NCBI GenBank assembly: GCA_043381765.1
Contig: JBHJMP010000840.1
Span: forward strand, 1 to 50,437
DNA length: 50,437 nucleotides
Reading direction: 5' to 3'
Source of the DNA: Collodictyon triciliatum
Lineage: Eukaryota
In this document: piece by piece, positions 36,625 through 49,869 of the stretch
How the letters are laid out: every line of letters starts with the position of its first letter
Position numbering within the stretch: position 1 is the first letter of the stretch
Translations under genes and position numbers: made by a program
Notes under the pieces: generated by a model
What the model was told of the DNA's origin: nothing
The model's database searches: none
Seen by the model: the letters and a program-made list of their open reading frames with translations, nothing else

Positions 36625-38440
36625 GGTATTGGTATTGGTATTGGTATTGGTATTATTATATTACCATCGTAGGCTTTTTCTCTGTACTTTGTAAAGAACT
36701 CAACACCTAAGTTACACAGACAGTAACTGACTTATTCACCAATATTCCCAAGCCAGATAATACTCATATATGAATTAAACAAAAACGGACCCGGATAAGG
36801 TATTGAATTCAATAAAAACTTTGCATTCTCGTAACGATTATACTGGTCTACTTTTTCAGAGGAACAAACGTACAATCCATAGCTAATTCGTGGATATGGA
36901 GTCGAATATTATCATTTTATTATTATAATTCATCAATACACACTGATCAGATCTTGAATAAAAGGACACAACACAAATATGAGAGAATAGATAACAAATG
37001 CACTTACCATTTTTTACGGTCCTCAACCATCAAATCACATATGTGTTGAACTCTGAGTAAATGCATCAGACGAATATCATAATTTCTTTCCTTTTCAATA
37101 AATGAATGCCTTTCAATATCTTTTTCAGAATAGTAACCATATCTGTAGATAAATAATTTAAATCAGTGTACAAAGTAGCCAATATGAAGATATCATGAAA
37201 GAATAGATTTTTCCTGATACTTTGAAGTAGAGTTCAATTTTGTTTCAATCATATCTAAGGTTGATTAAGAATCCAGTTACATGTGATTGATAAGTTGCTT
37301 CGTTTTCGACTGCGGGTCTTTCAGTATCACTTCCACGCCTCTGGATAATGTACTCGAGCGACAAATATATTTTTCGCCCAATAGAATGACGGGAATTGGG
37401 AATCTATCCTTCACGCGGGCCCCACGGCTGTGAAATATGATATTCTCCATATATATGGGGTTGATATCTGATATCGAATGTATGGACTCCGATTGAGTAT
37501 ATGGAATAAGGTGGAAAATTAAAAGGAGTCAATGCTTCATTTNNNNNNNNNNNNNNNNNNNNNNNNNNNNNNNNNNNNNNNNNNNNNNNNNNNNNNNNNN
37601 NNNNNNNNNNNNNNNNNNNNNNNNNNNNNNNNNNNNNNNNNNNNNNNNNNNNNNNNNNNNNNNNNNNNNNNNNNNNNNNNNNNNNNNNNNNNNNNNNNNN
37701 NNNNNNNNNNNNNNNNNNNNNNNNNNNNNNNNNNNNNNNNNNNNNNNNNNNNNNNNNNNNNNNNNNNNNNNNNNNNNNNNNNNNNNNNNNNNNNNNNNNN
37801 NNNNNNNNNNNNNNNNNNNNNNNNNNNNNNNNNNNNNNNNNNNNNNNNNNNNNNNNNNNNNNNNNNNNNNNNNNNNNNNNNNNNNNNNNNNNNNNNNNNN
37901 NNNNNNNNNNNNNNNNNNNNNNNNNNNNNNNNNNNNNNNNNNTCCCACCCTGACTGGTACAATAATGCGGGGTGGATAAGTGGAACAAAGGCGACCTTTT
38001 GTATTGTCGAGAATGGCACACTTGTAATCGCGGAGGAATAGCTCCTCGCACTTTTCTTGGAAAATGACAATCTTTGATGATTCCATATATTTGAGGATAA
38101 TTCAGATTAATAAGTACGGGGATAGCAAGGCAGAATGAGTGTGACTGTGTATTGACAAATACGAATAATGTTAGAAGCGATACTAATCATATCGTTTGTA
38201 CTGTAGGGGGAAAACTGTAGGAGAAAGCATAATACAGACGCCACTTATAGAGGATGGACAAATAAATAATACATATATAAATACATAAACATATAAATAA
38301 ATAAAAATATATATACATATTTTATCCATGAATGAATGAATGAATGAATTGATTTTGAATACTTTGGGTGTATCGTTTTTTCTTGATATACTTCGCGTTT
38401 GCCAAAAGTACAAAATCACCGAACGCAACGATTCATCCAT
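33676..38440 (-). CDS. MTMR14: Myotubularin-related protein 14 (Jumpy/EDTP-type phosphoinositide 3-phosphatase), multi-exon; spans an assembly gap
   Basis: Motifs LFLRDY..LCSTYPPRIIVP, ARVKDRFPIPVIL..KYICRSSTL, ICDLMVE, CSSEKVD, SIPYPG|VEFF and YRDWDLIKLTQ. Catalytic loop GLLVHCISG|WDRTPLFISL, then YDWFLF, RGEDIFHFC, and C-terminal GSWEIIS and RLLSLRQRFLEVY. Confidence 0.88.
36528..36660. repeat. (TTA)n microsatellite with a (TATTGG)n tail, intronic
   Basis: Tandem runs. Confidence 0.94.
37543..37941. other. Assembly gap within MTMR14
   Basis: N bases. Confidence 0.99.
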
Positions 38441-38607
38441 TATTGTTTAGAGTAGAGTATTTATCTTGAAGGACTGGTTCTCTTTTCCACTGACACAACA
38501 GGCTTTTGTTCCTTCAGAATGTAACTATTTTAATTATATTTTTAGTCGGTCTTTTGCGATAAAGTGTCTGAAGAATGAGCTAGAATGGAAGCAATATCAT
38601 CGCTATT

Positions 38608-39266
38608 GAGAAAAAGAGAAAAAGGCCAAAGAGAAAAGAGAAAAAGGCCAAAGAGAAAAGAGAAAAGAGAAAAAGAGAAAAAGAGAAAAAGAGAAAAAGA
38701 GAAAAAGAGAAAAAGAGAAAAAGAGAAAAAGAGAAAAAGAGAAAAAGAGAAAAAGNNNNNNNNNNNNNNNNNNNNNNNNNNNNNNNNNNNNNNNNNNNNN
38801 NNNNNNNNNNNNNNNNNNNNNNNNNNNNNNNNNNNNNNNNNNNNNNNNNNNNNNNNNNNNNNNNNNNNNNNNNNNNNNNNNNNNNNNNNNNNNNNNNNNN
38901 NNNNNNNNNNNNNNNNNNNNNNNNNNNNNNNNNNNNNNNNNNNNNNNNNNNNNNNNNNNNNNNNNNNNNNNNNNNNNNNNNNNNNNNNNNNNNNNNNNNN
39001 NNNNNNNNNNNNNNNNNNNNNNNNNNNNNNNNNNNNNNNNNNNNNNNNNNNNNNNNNNNNNNNNNNNNNNNNNNNNNNNNNNNNNNNNNNNNNNAAAAAG
39101 AGAAAAAGAGAAAAAGAGAAAAAGAGAAAAAGAGAAAAAGAGAAAAAGAGAAAAAGAGAAAAAGAGAAAAAGAGAAAAAGAGAAAAAGAGAAAAAGAGAG
39201 AGAAAAAACAAAAGACAAAAGAAGAAAAGAGAAAGAGGGAAAAAGAAAAGAAAAAAGGAAGAAAAA
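38608..39266. repeat. (GAGAAAAA)n array interrupted by an assembly gap (38756-39094)
   Basis: The same octamer lies on both sides of the N run. Confidence 0.93.
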
Positions 39267-39445
39267 GGCCTTTTATTTTGAAGGTAGTAGTTTGTTCTTA
39301 TGAAGACATAAACGTGTAACTGATTAACCAACTTCAAGGGATTAAGAAAAAGAGTGCGACAACTCTGGGCCTGAAACAAACCAAATAAAGCTGAAGCGTT
39401 TCGTTGTGAATCACTTAGAATCTAAACTATTATGATCGCAGACTT

Positions 39446-39515
39446 AACAAACAAACAAACAAACAAACAAACAAACAAACAAACAAACAAACAAACAAAC
39501 AAACAAACAAACAAA
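39446..39515. repeat. (AAAC)n microsatellite
   Basis: Perfect tetramer run. Confidence 0.95.
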
Positions 39516-39778
39516 GCGTGGTATTTTTTTTTTCCTTTCTCTTTCTCGCTGCCATTTCTCAAGCGGGGCAGGCGAACCCTTTTTCTGCATAGCCCAAAGT
39601 CCTCCTATAAACCACAGTTTCTTTCTATACAGACGCCAACACTCGATTCCCTTGTTGATCTTTAGCACTTACCACAAAGCTGCGTCCGCGTTTGCCTTTG
39701 TGGTTATATAAAATAACCATCACCTGAACAAAAGTTAGCAACAAGAGCAAACTTTAGAAGCACTTCTCCCTCCTCTCT

Positions 39779-40005
39779 CTTTCTTTTCTTTTCTTTTCTT
39801 TTCTTTTCTTTTCTTTTCTTTTCTTTTCTTTTCTTTTCTTTTCTTTTCTTTTCTTTTCTTTTCTTTTCTTTTCTTTTCTTTTCTTTTCTTTTTCTTTTTC
39901 TTTTTCTTTTTCTTTTTCTTTTTCTTTTTCTTTTTCTTTTTCTTTTTCTTTTTCTTTTTCTTTTTCTTTTTCTTTTCTTTTCTTTTCTTTTCTTTTCTTC
40001 TTTCT
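39779..40005. repeat. (TTTTC)n/(TTTTTC)n microsatellite just upstream of the Myb-like gene
   Basis: Compound pentamer/hexamer array. Confidence 0.95.
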
Positions 40006-40060
40006 CTCCATACATGTCCTTCATCCGCTTCATTTCTTCTTCTCATTCGGTCTGTCAGCG

Positions 40061-42153
40061 ATGGCAAAGAAGCCGCTTCACGCCGGCTCTCAGTTCATCA
40101 ACTTTCGCCTGGACCAAACCACCTCGGACGAGCTGGACCACGAGTCTTTTCTTCATCTGCAGTCGCTGGACTCCAGCCACCCGGTTGCTGTCCAGATGAG
40201 TCAGACACTCGCGCCCATGCCGCAGCCGCTCCAGACAGGTTTGTTTAACTGACTGTCTGAAAGGAATCGAGAAAGAGAAAAGGATATGTGTATGAATAAC
40301 TAGTCGTTTTCGTTCATTATAAATATTCTTCTCTTTATCTCTCATTCTGTGTCGCTTGACATCTGTCTATCCTAATAGTTTTGACATTATATGTCGATCC
40401 CTTAAATATTGCTTCTTTTTTTTTTTATGTTGTGTAATTTACATTTGAAAGGATATCCTCTTTCGATTCTATAGTTGATGTGTGTGACTTTCTTTGCTAA
40501 ATAGAGGATTTTGTGTGTGTTAGATGCAATTGCAGATGCTGATATCGTCAATGAATTCAATATCAAAGAGAATGGATGGGCTCCACACGAAACGAAGTTT
40601 GGGTCTTGTGAATCAAAAAAATGAATGGAATTCAAAGAAGCTTCATGACCTTGTCTCATGTTATACTTTTAGGAGACTGGTTCGACTTTCACTGGAACAT
40701 TACGTGCCTTGGACAAAAAGGAGGAAATCACCGAAACCAACCGCCGTAGTAAAGGGTGATTGCAGATGTATTAGCTTCTACAGCGTAGGAAAAGTCTGGG
40801 AACACATATCTTCACTTCTGAAGCGCGAAGGAATCCACAAACTACCGAGGCAATGCCAAGTCAAATGGCAAAATATCAAAGAGAGAGCCAAAGTATGACA
40901 TTTCATTTATGATGGAGAGCCTGACATGGTATTCAATTATGAAGGGGATTTTCTATTATTATTTTTAATAACAAGAAAAAAGGAAGAAAGGTCAAGGAAT
41001 TTGCTTGGCGATGCTGATGCGATTCGCAACAATATCATTAGAAAAAAAAGAATGAAATCAGCTTTGCTCAAACCTGCAGCGAACCGTCGGAGGAGGACGA
41101 ACTCCAAACTCGGCATAATCCGCAGATACATACACCCAGTCACTCTTCTCGGCTGCGCATCCACAACCATGGCGATCAGATTCATTCAGAAGATGATGAC
41201 GGCGCGCTTATGGACGGGCGAATGCTCCAGGATGATATCCACAAGGTAATGGCCTCATCAGGAAGGAATACATCTTCTGCTCATGAGCACGGAGCAGGAG
41301 AGGAGTCGTCTCTTCTTTTGGACCATTCGGTGATGATGGGCTCTGGGGCACACCAAAGCTCGCTGCAGGGTCAAATGACAGTAAAGAAGAGACGGCATTT
41401 GCGTAAGCTCTATTATCGTTTTTTATTGTATCAATAATTTCTCTCCACTGACTCATGTGATTGTTTCCTTGTTTTTCTCTCTCTTTTTTTCTCTCTCTTT
41501 TTTTCTCTCTTTTTTTCCCTCTCTTTTTTTCTCTCTCTTTTTTTCTCTCTCTTTTTCTCTCTCTCTTTTTTCTCTCTTTTCTCTCATTTTTCATTTCTTT
41601 TTCTCTTCTTTTTCCTTTGTTTAATCATCATCCTAGACTATTCTTGTTCTTCAATTGCTCCAAACTGCATCTTTTCTACTTTTGAGTGTAGATGACGAAC
41701 GCATCTCAAGTTTTGATCAAGGACAATCATCTCCCGAAAAAAGAACCAAAGTACACCACGAAATATATATGATTTGCAGTTTATTTATTTGCTATGTATT
41801 TATTTATTTCATTTCATTTTTCTTTCAGTTAGATATTTGTGTACTCGGCCTATGAATTATTAATCCGTGTATTGCGAAGAGTTTCTGAGTGTCCTAACCT
41901 CAATTACTCAACCTCCCTCATACCACTAAGCCAAGTTCCTATCTCCATTTTCCAGGTGGATGAATGCATCTCCGAGCAGCTCGAGAAAGTTCACGACGCA
42001 ATCGCGGGCTTCAAGGACATCATTCAGAAGCAGACGCATCAAATGGCCCAAGTGATGGTTCTGCTCGACCGCCTTGTGTCCCGTCTCGAGGGCAAAGAAT
42101 ACGGTCGCATGTATTCCGACCCGTCGCAATCGTTCCACCATTCGTCCAACTGA
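40061..42153 (+). CDS. Myb/SANT-like (trihelix GT-1/MSANTD-type) DNA-binding protein with probable C-terminal coiled coil
   Basis: GWAPHETK|RLVRL ... KVWEHISSLLKREGIHKLPRQCQVKWQNIKERAK matches the trihelix/Myb-SANT pattern. The middle is low-complexity, and the last exon EQLEKVHDAIAGFKDIIQKQTHQMAQVMVLLDRLVSRLE is amphipathic. Middle exons are uncertain. Confidence 0.7.
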
Positions 42154-42626
42154 ATCCTCACACGACTTATTATCAGAGCGAATCTGCTCTGTATTAGATT
42201 GCCTCACGAATCCATCAAGAAAAAGAACTTCTCTTTCTCTTTCTCTTTTTTCTTTCCATTTCTCTCATTCTCTTTCTCTCGATGAAAGCAATGCGCACTC
42301 ATTCTTTTAGTCTACCCCCAATCCCCACTCATTATAAACACCCCAACAAAAGTATGCGGCGCAGGCGGCGTTGTAGAAGAAAGAATGAATGGAGTGGACG
42401 TGCATGAACAATCCGCAGCCGCGCACTCAGAATCTATGGAGAGAGCGACAAACAAAGAGAGCACAAGAAGAAAACCAACGAGTTTGTAAAGCAAGTCGCA
42501 ATAAACCCTTGCGATGCTCTTCCCCCCGCAGAAATAATAAGCATCCCGACCTGCTTTGCTGCCTGCTCCTCCATCCGAATCCTGCCTTTGCATGTCTCCA
42601 CAGCAGCGCCACACACACGCGCGGCT

Positions 42627-44980
42627 TTATTTGGGGCCTTGGACGCGCTGAGCCAGTTCGGCCAAATCCTTGATACTTTGAGAAAGGACGGCGGCAAATT
42701 GAGACGCGTCCTTGTTGAAGTTGCTGACACTCACAGTGATGGAGTCGCTTGTAATCATGTACCCGAGTCCGTAGCCATCCTGGTGAACGGCGCCGAATCC
42801 AAAGAGGGCGGTGTAAGGACTATACAGGCCGCTGGTTGAGAGGATGGATGAGCCCATTGTTGCGTATGTTGGGTCCTGGAAGAAGGCGGGCAGCTTCATC
42901 TCATGCTTCTTTGCGATGTTGAGGAGGCCGTATAAATGGCGGTCGACCCCGCGGCCTTCCTTGCAGTAGGATGCCACGGCATTGTGTGCCTCGATGGCTG
43001 CTTTGAGGCGCTGGAAGCGGGCTGCATCATCGGTGGCCGGGTCGTCAAAGGTGCTTGCAAAGGCCACGGACTGCGGTGTGACGGAGCGGATGCATTCTGT
43101 TCGGCCGCGCAGGAAATGCTTTGTGTTGCAGGATTCGTAGGTGGACACGGTTTTCTGGTGGCGCCGCCAATAAGCCAGTTGGAACGACATCTGCACAAAG
43201 CTGTCGGGGCTTAGGCGGTGGCTGGTGATAAACTTTTTGCCGAGGCCTTTCAGAACGACGCTGGCGTGGTCGTTGGACGTNNNNNNNNNNNNNNNNNNNN
43301 NNNNNNNNNNNNNNNNNNNNNNNNNNNNNNNNNNNNNNNNNNNNNNNNNNNNNNNNNNNNNNNNNNNNNNNNNNNNNNNNNNNNNNNNNNNNNNNNNNNN
43401 NNNNNNNNNNNNNNNNNNNNNNNNNNNNNNNNNNNNNNNNNNNNNNNNNNNNNNNNNNNNNNNNNNNNNNNNNNNNNNNNNNNNNNNNNNNNNNNNNNNN
43501 NNNNNNNNNNNNNNNNNNNNNNNNNNNNNNNNNNNNNNNNNNNNNNNNNNNNNNNNNNNNNNNNNNNNNNNNNNNNNNNNNNNNNNNNNNNNNNNNNNNN
43601 NNNNNNNNNNNNNNNNNNNNNNNNNNNNNNNNNNNNNNNNNNNNNNNNNNNNNNNNNNNNNNNNNNNNNNNNNNNNNNNNNNNNNNNNNNNNNNNNNNNN
43701 NNNNNNNNNNNNNNNNNNNNNNNNNNNNNNNNNNNNNNNNNNNCGGTTGGCTCCTGTTCCGTGAAGGGTCATCTGTCTAGTAGGGGATAAGAAAGAGATT
43801 AGAACGAACATCTGAAAAGACTCTAAACACCCGCGCTCATCCCTGATTCGATTGTATTATCTTTTCCTATCCAATACACTAAACTAAAATCAAAGGGACA
43901 TGCGTATTATTCGATTCAAAGTAAATCAATTCTGCTTATTGATGTGTTGGAGTTTACCTTGCATATGATATGGCTCTCATAAATGAGCAAATATATATAG
44001 GGTTATATGATTGTAAAAACTCACCCTGCTTCAGTGAGACTCTTTGGTGTTTGGTCATCAAGCACAACAGCAAACAGAGCTGAGTCGATTATAGCGAGAG
44101 ACTTCTCGTTATGTGGCCCAACAGCTTCGAGAACTTCGCGCTGCTTCGCCCAAACGTCACGGTCTTCACTTGTTAGGGTGCTTAGGTCATACTTTTGGCT
44201 CGAAACATCTTTGTTCTGTTGAAGGATTCCACGAATCGACTCCGCAATCTGCTCCTCCGAAATGGTTGTGTTGTCCTTGTTGAGAACGTGGATGCAGTAG
44301 AACTGGTTCTTGTGTATGATAAGCATATGCTTGGACTGGTTGTAGACAGTAAGGAGGTCTCGCTTGGTCTTTGGAATGCGCGACGTTCCGAACATGAGAG
44401 AATACTGAAACATATCCAGTGGGGTTGTCTTGGCCATGTCTGGAACCATCTGGCGATTGCGATACGCTTCGATGAATTTGCATGTGCTCTTGATAAGGTT
44501 TGCAGCTCTGGACACCTGTGGGTACAATGTAGAGAAATGAGTTGAGGTGTACCGAGGAAAGTGAATGAAGCAAATACACATATACGTAAATATAGAAATA
44601 AACGAAGTGGACGAATGAGGAATCGATAAGGAAAAACCTGATTGTTGTGCACAGGAGATGGATTCATGACAATGTACGGATTGGAGTTTATCAGGACAGG
44701 ATACCGACCAGTGAGATACATTTCGTCCCAGAATTCAGCGATGTAACTAGAATGTGGGCGGCTTCGGTCGTAGCTTTCCAGCTTGGCCTGCAAAACAGGT
44801 CCTTCATTCGCCAAAAAGTCATGTGCAATCTGCGACGTTTTCTCAAAGGTATCCTTCGACACAAGTGGTTGCACCGTTTGCAGATACTTTGGGATAGTTT
44901 CCAGCAAAGTGGGGAGAGGCAGGCGCGGAATTCGGCGCTGGTGTTGGTGTGTAATATCTGTTTGGAATCGCTGTAGTGTA
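42627..44980 (-). CDS. Carnitine/choline O-acyltransferase (CPT2/YAT1-like); N-terminal exons unresolved, catalytic-His region probably within an assembly gap
   Basis: Motifs IPRLPLPTL.ETI.KYL..VQPL, FWDEMYL..RYPVLINSNP, PLDMFQY..MFGTSRIP, LTSEDRDVWA, IDSALFAVVLDD, SPDSFVQMSFQLA, TYESCNTKHFLRGRTECIRS, GRGVDRHLYGL, LSTS and FGAVHQDGYGLGY. Confidence 0.9.
43281..43743. other. Assembly gap within the acyltransferase gene
   Basis: N bases. Confidence 0.99.
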
Positions 44981-45187
44981 CTATATGATTAGATAAGATT
45001 GTTGTGGGTCGAACATCAAGAAGAGAAGACGAACGAAAACATGACCTTGGTGTAGTAATTAGTCGTTGACTGAAAAAAAACCTTGATAATGTGGGGTCCA
45101 GAACTCGGTCTCTAGAAAATAGAAGTGAGATTAAAAAAAAAAAGGATTTATTGATGTTTGCAATGTCAAGATCTTAAGCCGCAACCA

Positions 45188-45300
45188 TTTTTTGGGTTTT
45201 TTGGTTTTTTGGTTTTTTGGTTTTTTGGTTTTTTGGTTTTTTGGTTTTTTGGTTTTTTGGTTTTTTGGTTTTTTGGTTTTTTGGTTTTTTGGTTTTTTGG
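45188..45300. repeat. (TTTTTTGG)n octamer repeat
   Basis: About 13 tandem copies. Confidence 0.94.
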
Positions 45301-45654
45301 CATGATTGCATAGGTGAAGTGGAACATGACAGACGAATTCCCATAACTTGTGAACATATGTCGAAGGGAAATCCTTGGACACTTCAGGCGGAAACTGAAA
45401 GAGAAAGATCAACAATTACCAAGTTCGAAGCAAAGATCCGACCAGCGAGAGAGACGGTCATTCTTCAACTAGAATTGAGTGAAATTAGCATTGCATAAAG
45501 GAATATCGGAGTTAATTTTAAGCCGTGCTTTGTCCGTGCCTGGCTAATTATTTCATATAAGGAGCAACAGAAATCAATATACGTGTTTGATTTACATTCA
45601 CTATTGTGAAAAGAAGCGTGTGTCGACCTTGAAGTTGAAGTTGCAAAACACGAA

Positions 45655-45831
45655 GTTTTTTATGTGTTTTTATGTGTTTTTTATGTGTTTTTTATGTGTT
45701 TTTTATGTGTTTTTTATGTGTTTNNNNNNNNNNGTTTTTTATGTGTTTTTTATGTGTTTTTTATGTGTTTTTTATGTGTTTTTTATGTGTTTTTTATGTG
45801 TTTTTTATGTGTTTTTTATGTGTTTTTTATG
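45655..45831. repeat. (TTTTTTATGTG)n 11-mer repeat containing a 10-N gap
   Basis: Tandem copies on both sides of 45724-45733. Confidence 0.93.
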
Positions 45832-46636
45832 ATGTTTCTTGGATTGCAGAACGTGGGTTTATAGAGGTGGCATACGCACACACAATGCGTCACAAGGTAT
45901 ACCTAAACATGCTAAAGCAATACTTATTAAAAAAATTGATTTATTAGGAAGTGCGAGAAAATCAGAAAATGCAAATTAATACCCTATGTTATATTTTCCA
46001 TAGTTATATAATAATTATGGAATTTATTAATTACATTGATTCGAGCCACAATTGATCTTCTCAAAGATTACACTTAATATAATATAAATATATTTGCGTT
46101 ATATTATGTACATCAATTGGAGAATTTTACAGAAGTGCGATATCTTGGGGTTCTTTCAGCCCTTGCCACAGCGGTTCCCAGTGTTGCTTGCCGCCACATT
46201 CCCAACCACGGCCAGCAACGGGAACATTGAGGGAGGGTCGGGTTGGGAACAATCAGCCTTGGGAGACATAAACTGCGGCTTTGCGAAGCCTATAAGAGCA
46301 GCACTCAAGGCTGACCCGGCCAAACTCATTCCACGGTCATCATGAGCGAGTATCATAATTCTCCACGACAAAGCTGGGCCGGTGGCAGAATCACAGAGGG
46401 ATGTTAGAGCCTGCCGTGGCTTATCACACAACGCTTCAGCGTCAAGAAGTTGACAAGGCTATGTGGTTTATATCCCATAGACAGCCAAAGACAGAGTCAG
46501 GACACATCGAAGCAATCAAATGTCTATAATCGGCTCCATCAAAAGCCAAAAGAGATGATGCGGCAGCCGCCAGGACAAGCGCAACATACTAACCTTCTTC
46601 TGCGGCGGTTGCCAAGACAGAGACAAGGACAAGGAA

Positions 46637-49600
46637 ATGGGTCTGTCTGAAGAGTATATCTGGATTCCGGTGTTTGCCACCATCTTCGCCTTCATCATGG
46701 CCTTCGGTATCGGAGCCAACGATGTCGCCAACGCTTTCGCAACCTCAGTCGGTGCAAAGACTTTGACCCTCCGCCAAGCCGTAAGCCTTTCAACCCCCAC
46801 CCAACCCGACTCACTCGCACCCTGCACATTCATACCATTTCTGCACATAAGAGGCACCCAATACACACCGTATTCCCGCTCTTTGTGACATTCGGGGCTG
46901 AGTTGGACTTGCCTTTGCTTAGGTGATGATTGCGGCGGTCTGCGAGTTCCTTGGAGCAGTGACTCTTGGAGCCCGTGTTACTGACACAGTCAAGGATGAC
47001 ATCACACTCGTGGACCAGTACGAGAACGACCCTGAGGTAAGCCCATGCAACAGAGCTGTCACAATACTGAACTGATTCTACTTTCAGACAGAGTCTGTAT
47101 GTAGCCGATTAACTATTCCCCTTTTTTTTATTCTCTCTTTTATCTTTGGATCTTCTTCTCTATCCGACCTAGACACTGATGTTTATTATGATGTGCTCCC
47201 TGCTCGGCGCTGGCTCGTGGCTGCTCATTGCCACATACTTTGGGCTGCCTGTGTCCACAACACACTCCATCATCGGCTCAATTGCCGGAGGCGCTCTGGC
47301 TGCCAAAGGTCAAGATGCTGTTGGCTGGGATGTCTTGGGCAAGATTGCCTTGTCTTGGATTATTTCGCCGCTCTTGTCTGGTGTCTTCGCCTTCATCGCT
47401 TTCTTGACTGTCCGACACCTTATCATGAGACACGACAACGCCGCCCGCCGCGCTTATTTCGCCTTCCCAGTCCTGGCCTTTGCTGTCTTCTGCATCAACA
47501 CCTTCTTTATCATGTACAAGGTACGACCCAAAGTCACTTTGTTTTGTGATTATCACACCCAATTGTCATGGGTGCTGACTATTTGGCAACTTTTTTCTTG
47601 ATTATCACAACCCCCCTTTTCCCCAAACTATTGGGCATGATTCATTCCGTGCTAACCACTCCTCGGAATAGGGATCGCCTGACCTGGAACTTGATGAAAC
47701 CCCTCTGGATGTTGCCATCGGTGTCGCCTTCGGTATCGGTGGAGGTGCTGGTATCATCGCCTACCTTGTTGCCAGATAGTACGTTCGTTCGTTCGTTCTC
47801 AAGTTGCATTTTGCCGATGATGAGCCAGTTTCTGCTCTGTACAACTTTTTTTTAATGACAACAAACTGTCGGTTGACTAAGGCTCTAATTTTCCACCTTA
47901 AGCTACCTACTGGACCGCATGTCAGTCTCTGAAGATGAATATCTGTATCAAGGGATGCCTGGGGATAAGCGCATCTCCGCTGTCGTGGATGTATGAAATA
48001 ATAACCTTACAACATAGCACACCTAGTTCGTTTAAGAATAACTACATATTACCAAAACCAACATCCCCACCATCCTGCAGAAAATTAAAAGGAAGAGTAA
48101 AAAGAATATCTACATATTTTACTAACATCATTTATTGCCCATCTTGAATCTATGCAGAAGCCATCGTCTCCTAACGCAAACCCAGTACAGTTTTTCTCTC
48201 TAATATCATGGTTATCAACATTAATATGTGATGGGGCTAATACTAACCACAACGAAATAAACAGCAACCTAGTGGCTCTTGGATTTCACAAGGAGTCAGC
48301 CAGGTGAATTTCGTCTACCTTTGTTTTTTTCTTCTTCTGTCCGGTATCTTGTGACCTCGCATAAGTATGTGCGCACGATAATTTCTCAAAAATCATCAAC
48401 ATTTACACATCCAGCACTCTAATGACATACACACAGGACATCCACGAGCACACTGAAACCGACCACGCTGTGAAAGCCATCCATGAGAACACTGAAGTGT
48501 TTGATCACAATGCCGAGCGCATGTTCTCCTACATGCAGGTTTGAACCATTTCGCATAGAACCTTACATCCCACAGTCAACACATATCAGATGTAAGCTTC
48601 GGGCTTTTTTAACACTATAAATACTCGTGTTGGTGTGGCATGCAGGTTCTCACTGCCATTTTCGACTCATTTGCCCATGGAGCCAACGACGTTGCCAACT
48701 CTGTCGGGCCCCTCGCCGCATGCATTGAAATCTACCGTTCAGCTGAAGCCGACAGTGAGGCAGATGTTGAAATCTGGATCCTTGTTCTCGGTAAATAATT
48801 ATTATGACGAGCCAATAAAATATGAGATTCTTTAAAACTCAATTTACAGTCGATGCCAACAAGAAAAGTAACCGCGAATACAATCATCCAGGTGCTGTCG
48901 GTATCGTCGCTGGACTGGCCCTTTACGGATACAAGGTTATGGCTGCCATCGGCGTGCGCTTGACCAAGATTACTCCCTCTCGGTGAGCAATGTGCAATAG
49001 AAAACGCTATTTTCAATATTGAAGTATATCTGTAAATGGTGGTGGCAGTTTGACCGATTATTTTGACAATTTTTCTTATCCTTTTCTCCATAATTTTAGT
49101 GGGTTCTCGATTGAGCTTTCATCTGCCCTTGTCGTCATTATTGCCAGCCGATATGAGCTCCCTGTCAGCACAACCCATTGCCAAGTATGCGATAGCAATC
49201 GCCTTTTTTTACTGTGTTTGCGCTAAACACTTATGCATTTACATATACTTTGAATATGTTCGGTGCTGTGCTAGAACCTTATCCCGACTAATCAACATCT
49301 CTGCTTCACAGGTCGGTGCCACTCTCGGAGTCGGAGTTGCCAACAGCTTCAAATCCGTCAACTGGTTCCTTCTTCTGGATGTGAGTCACCCGGCACCCAT
49401 TCCATCATCCTCCTGGCCAACCTAGCCCATCCATTTTCCCCAACCAGCATTTCGACATCCTCATGCACTCGTTTTAAGGCACCATACTCCGTTTTTTTCA
49501 ATAATATTAACACAATTGGTTTTTTCCCCTACACTTACTCCCACAGGTCGTTGTGAGCTGGATCACCACCCTTGTTTTCTCGTCCTTTGTGACTGGTCTC

Positions 49601-49639
49601 ATCGTGGCTTTCGGATACTACTCTCCCTCCTACTTCTAA
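46637..49639 (+). CDS. PiT/SLC20 (PHO4/Pho89-family) sodium-phosphate symporter, multi-exon
   Basis: Both PiT signature motifs are present: [18 protein letters not shown] and [15 protein letters not shown]. Also [56 protein letters not shown] and [17 protein letters not shown]. Stop TAA at 49637-49639. Confidence 0.95.
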
Positions 49640-49869
49640 TCCAATTATATGCGACCGGTATTGCGGGGCAAGGCGCTCTATGTTACTGCCGCCGCCTCAT
49701 ATACCCACCGCAGATGAGTCATATCCGCTCGTCGCCCTCTTCACAAGACTTACAGAACAATACAAGAAATACAGATATATCAATAAACCCGCTGAGTTAC
49801 TTATTCAACAACAGCATTGAATTATGACAATCCTTTTCTTTTATTCCTTTTCAATTTTGCACAAGATGG

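Noticed and set aside
42312-42620. ORFs between the Myb-like and acyltransferase genes
   Set aside because: No domain signal. Consistent with the 3' UTRs of convergent genes.
45188-45300. (TTTTTTGG)n as an interstitial telomere
   Set aside because: It does not match a telomere repeat I can vouch for, and it is one of many T-rich tandem repeats here.
46156-46431. 91-aa minus-strand ORF, or identity with U3, U4, U6, SRP or RNase P/MRP RNA
   Set aside because: The ORF has no recognisable motif, and only short partial resemblances to those RNAs were seen, without their diagnostic boxes.
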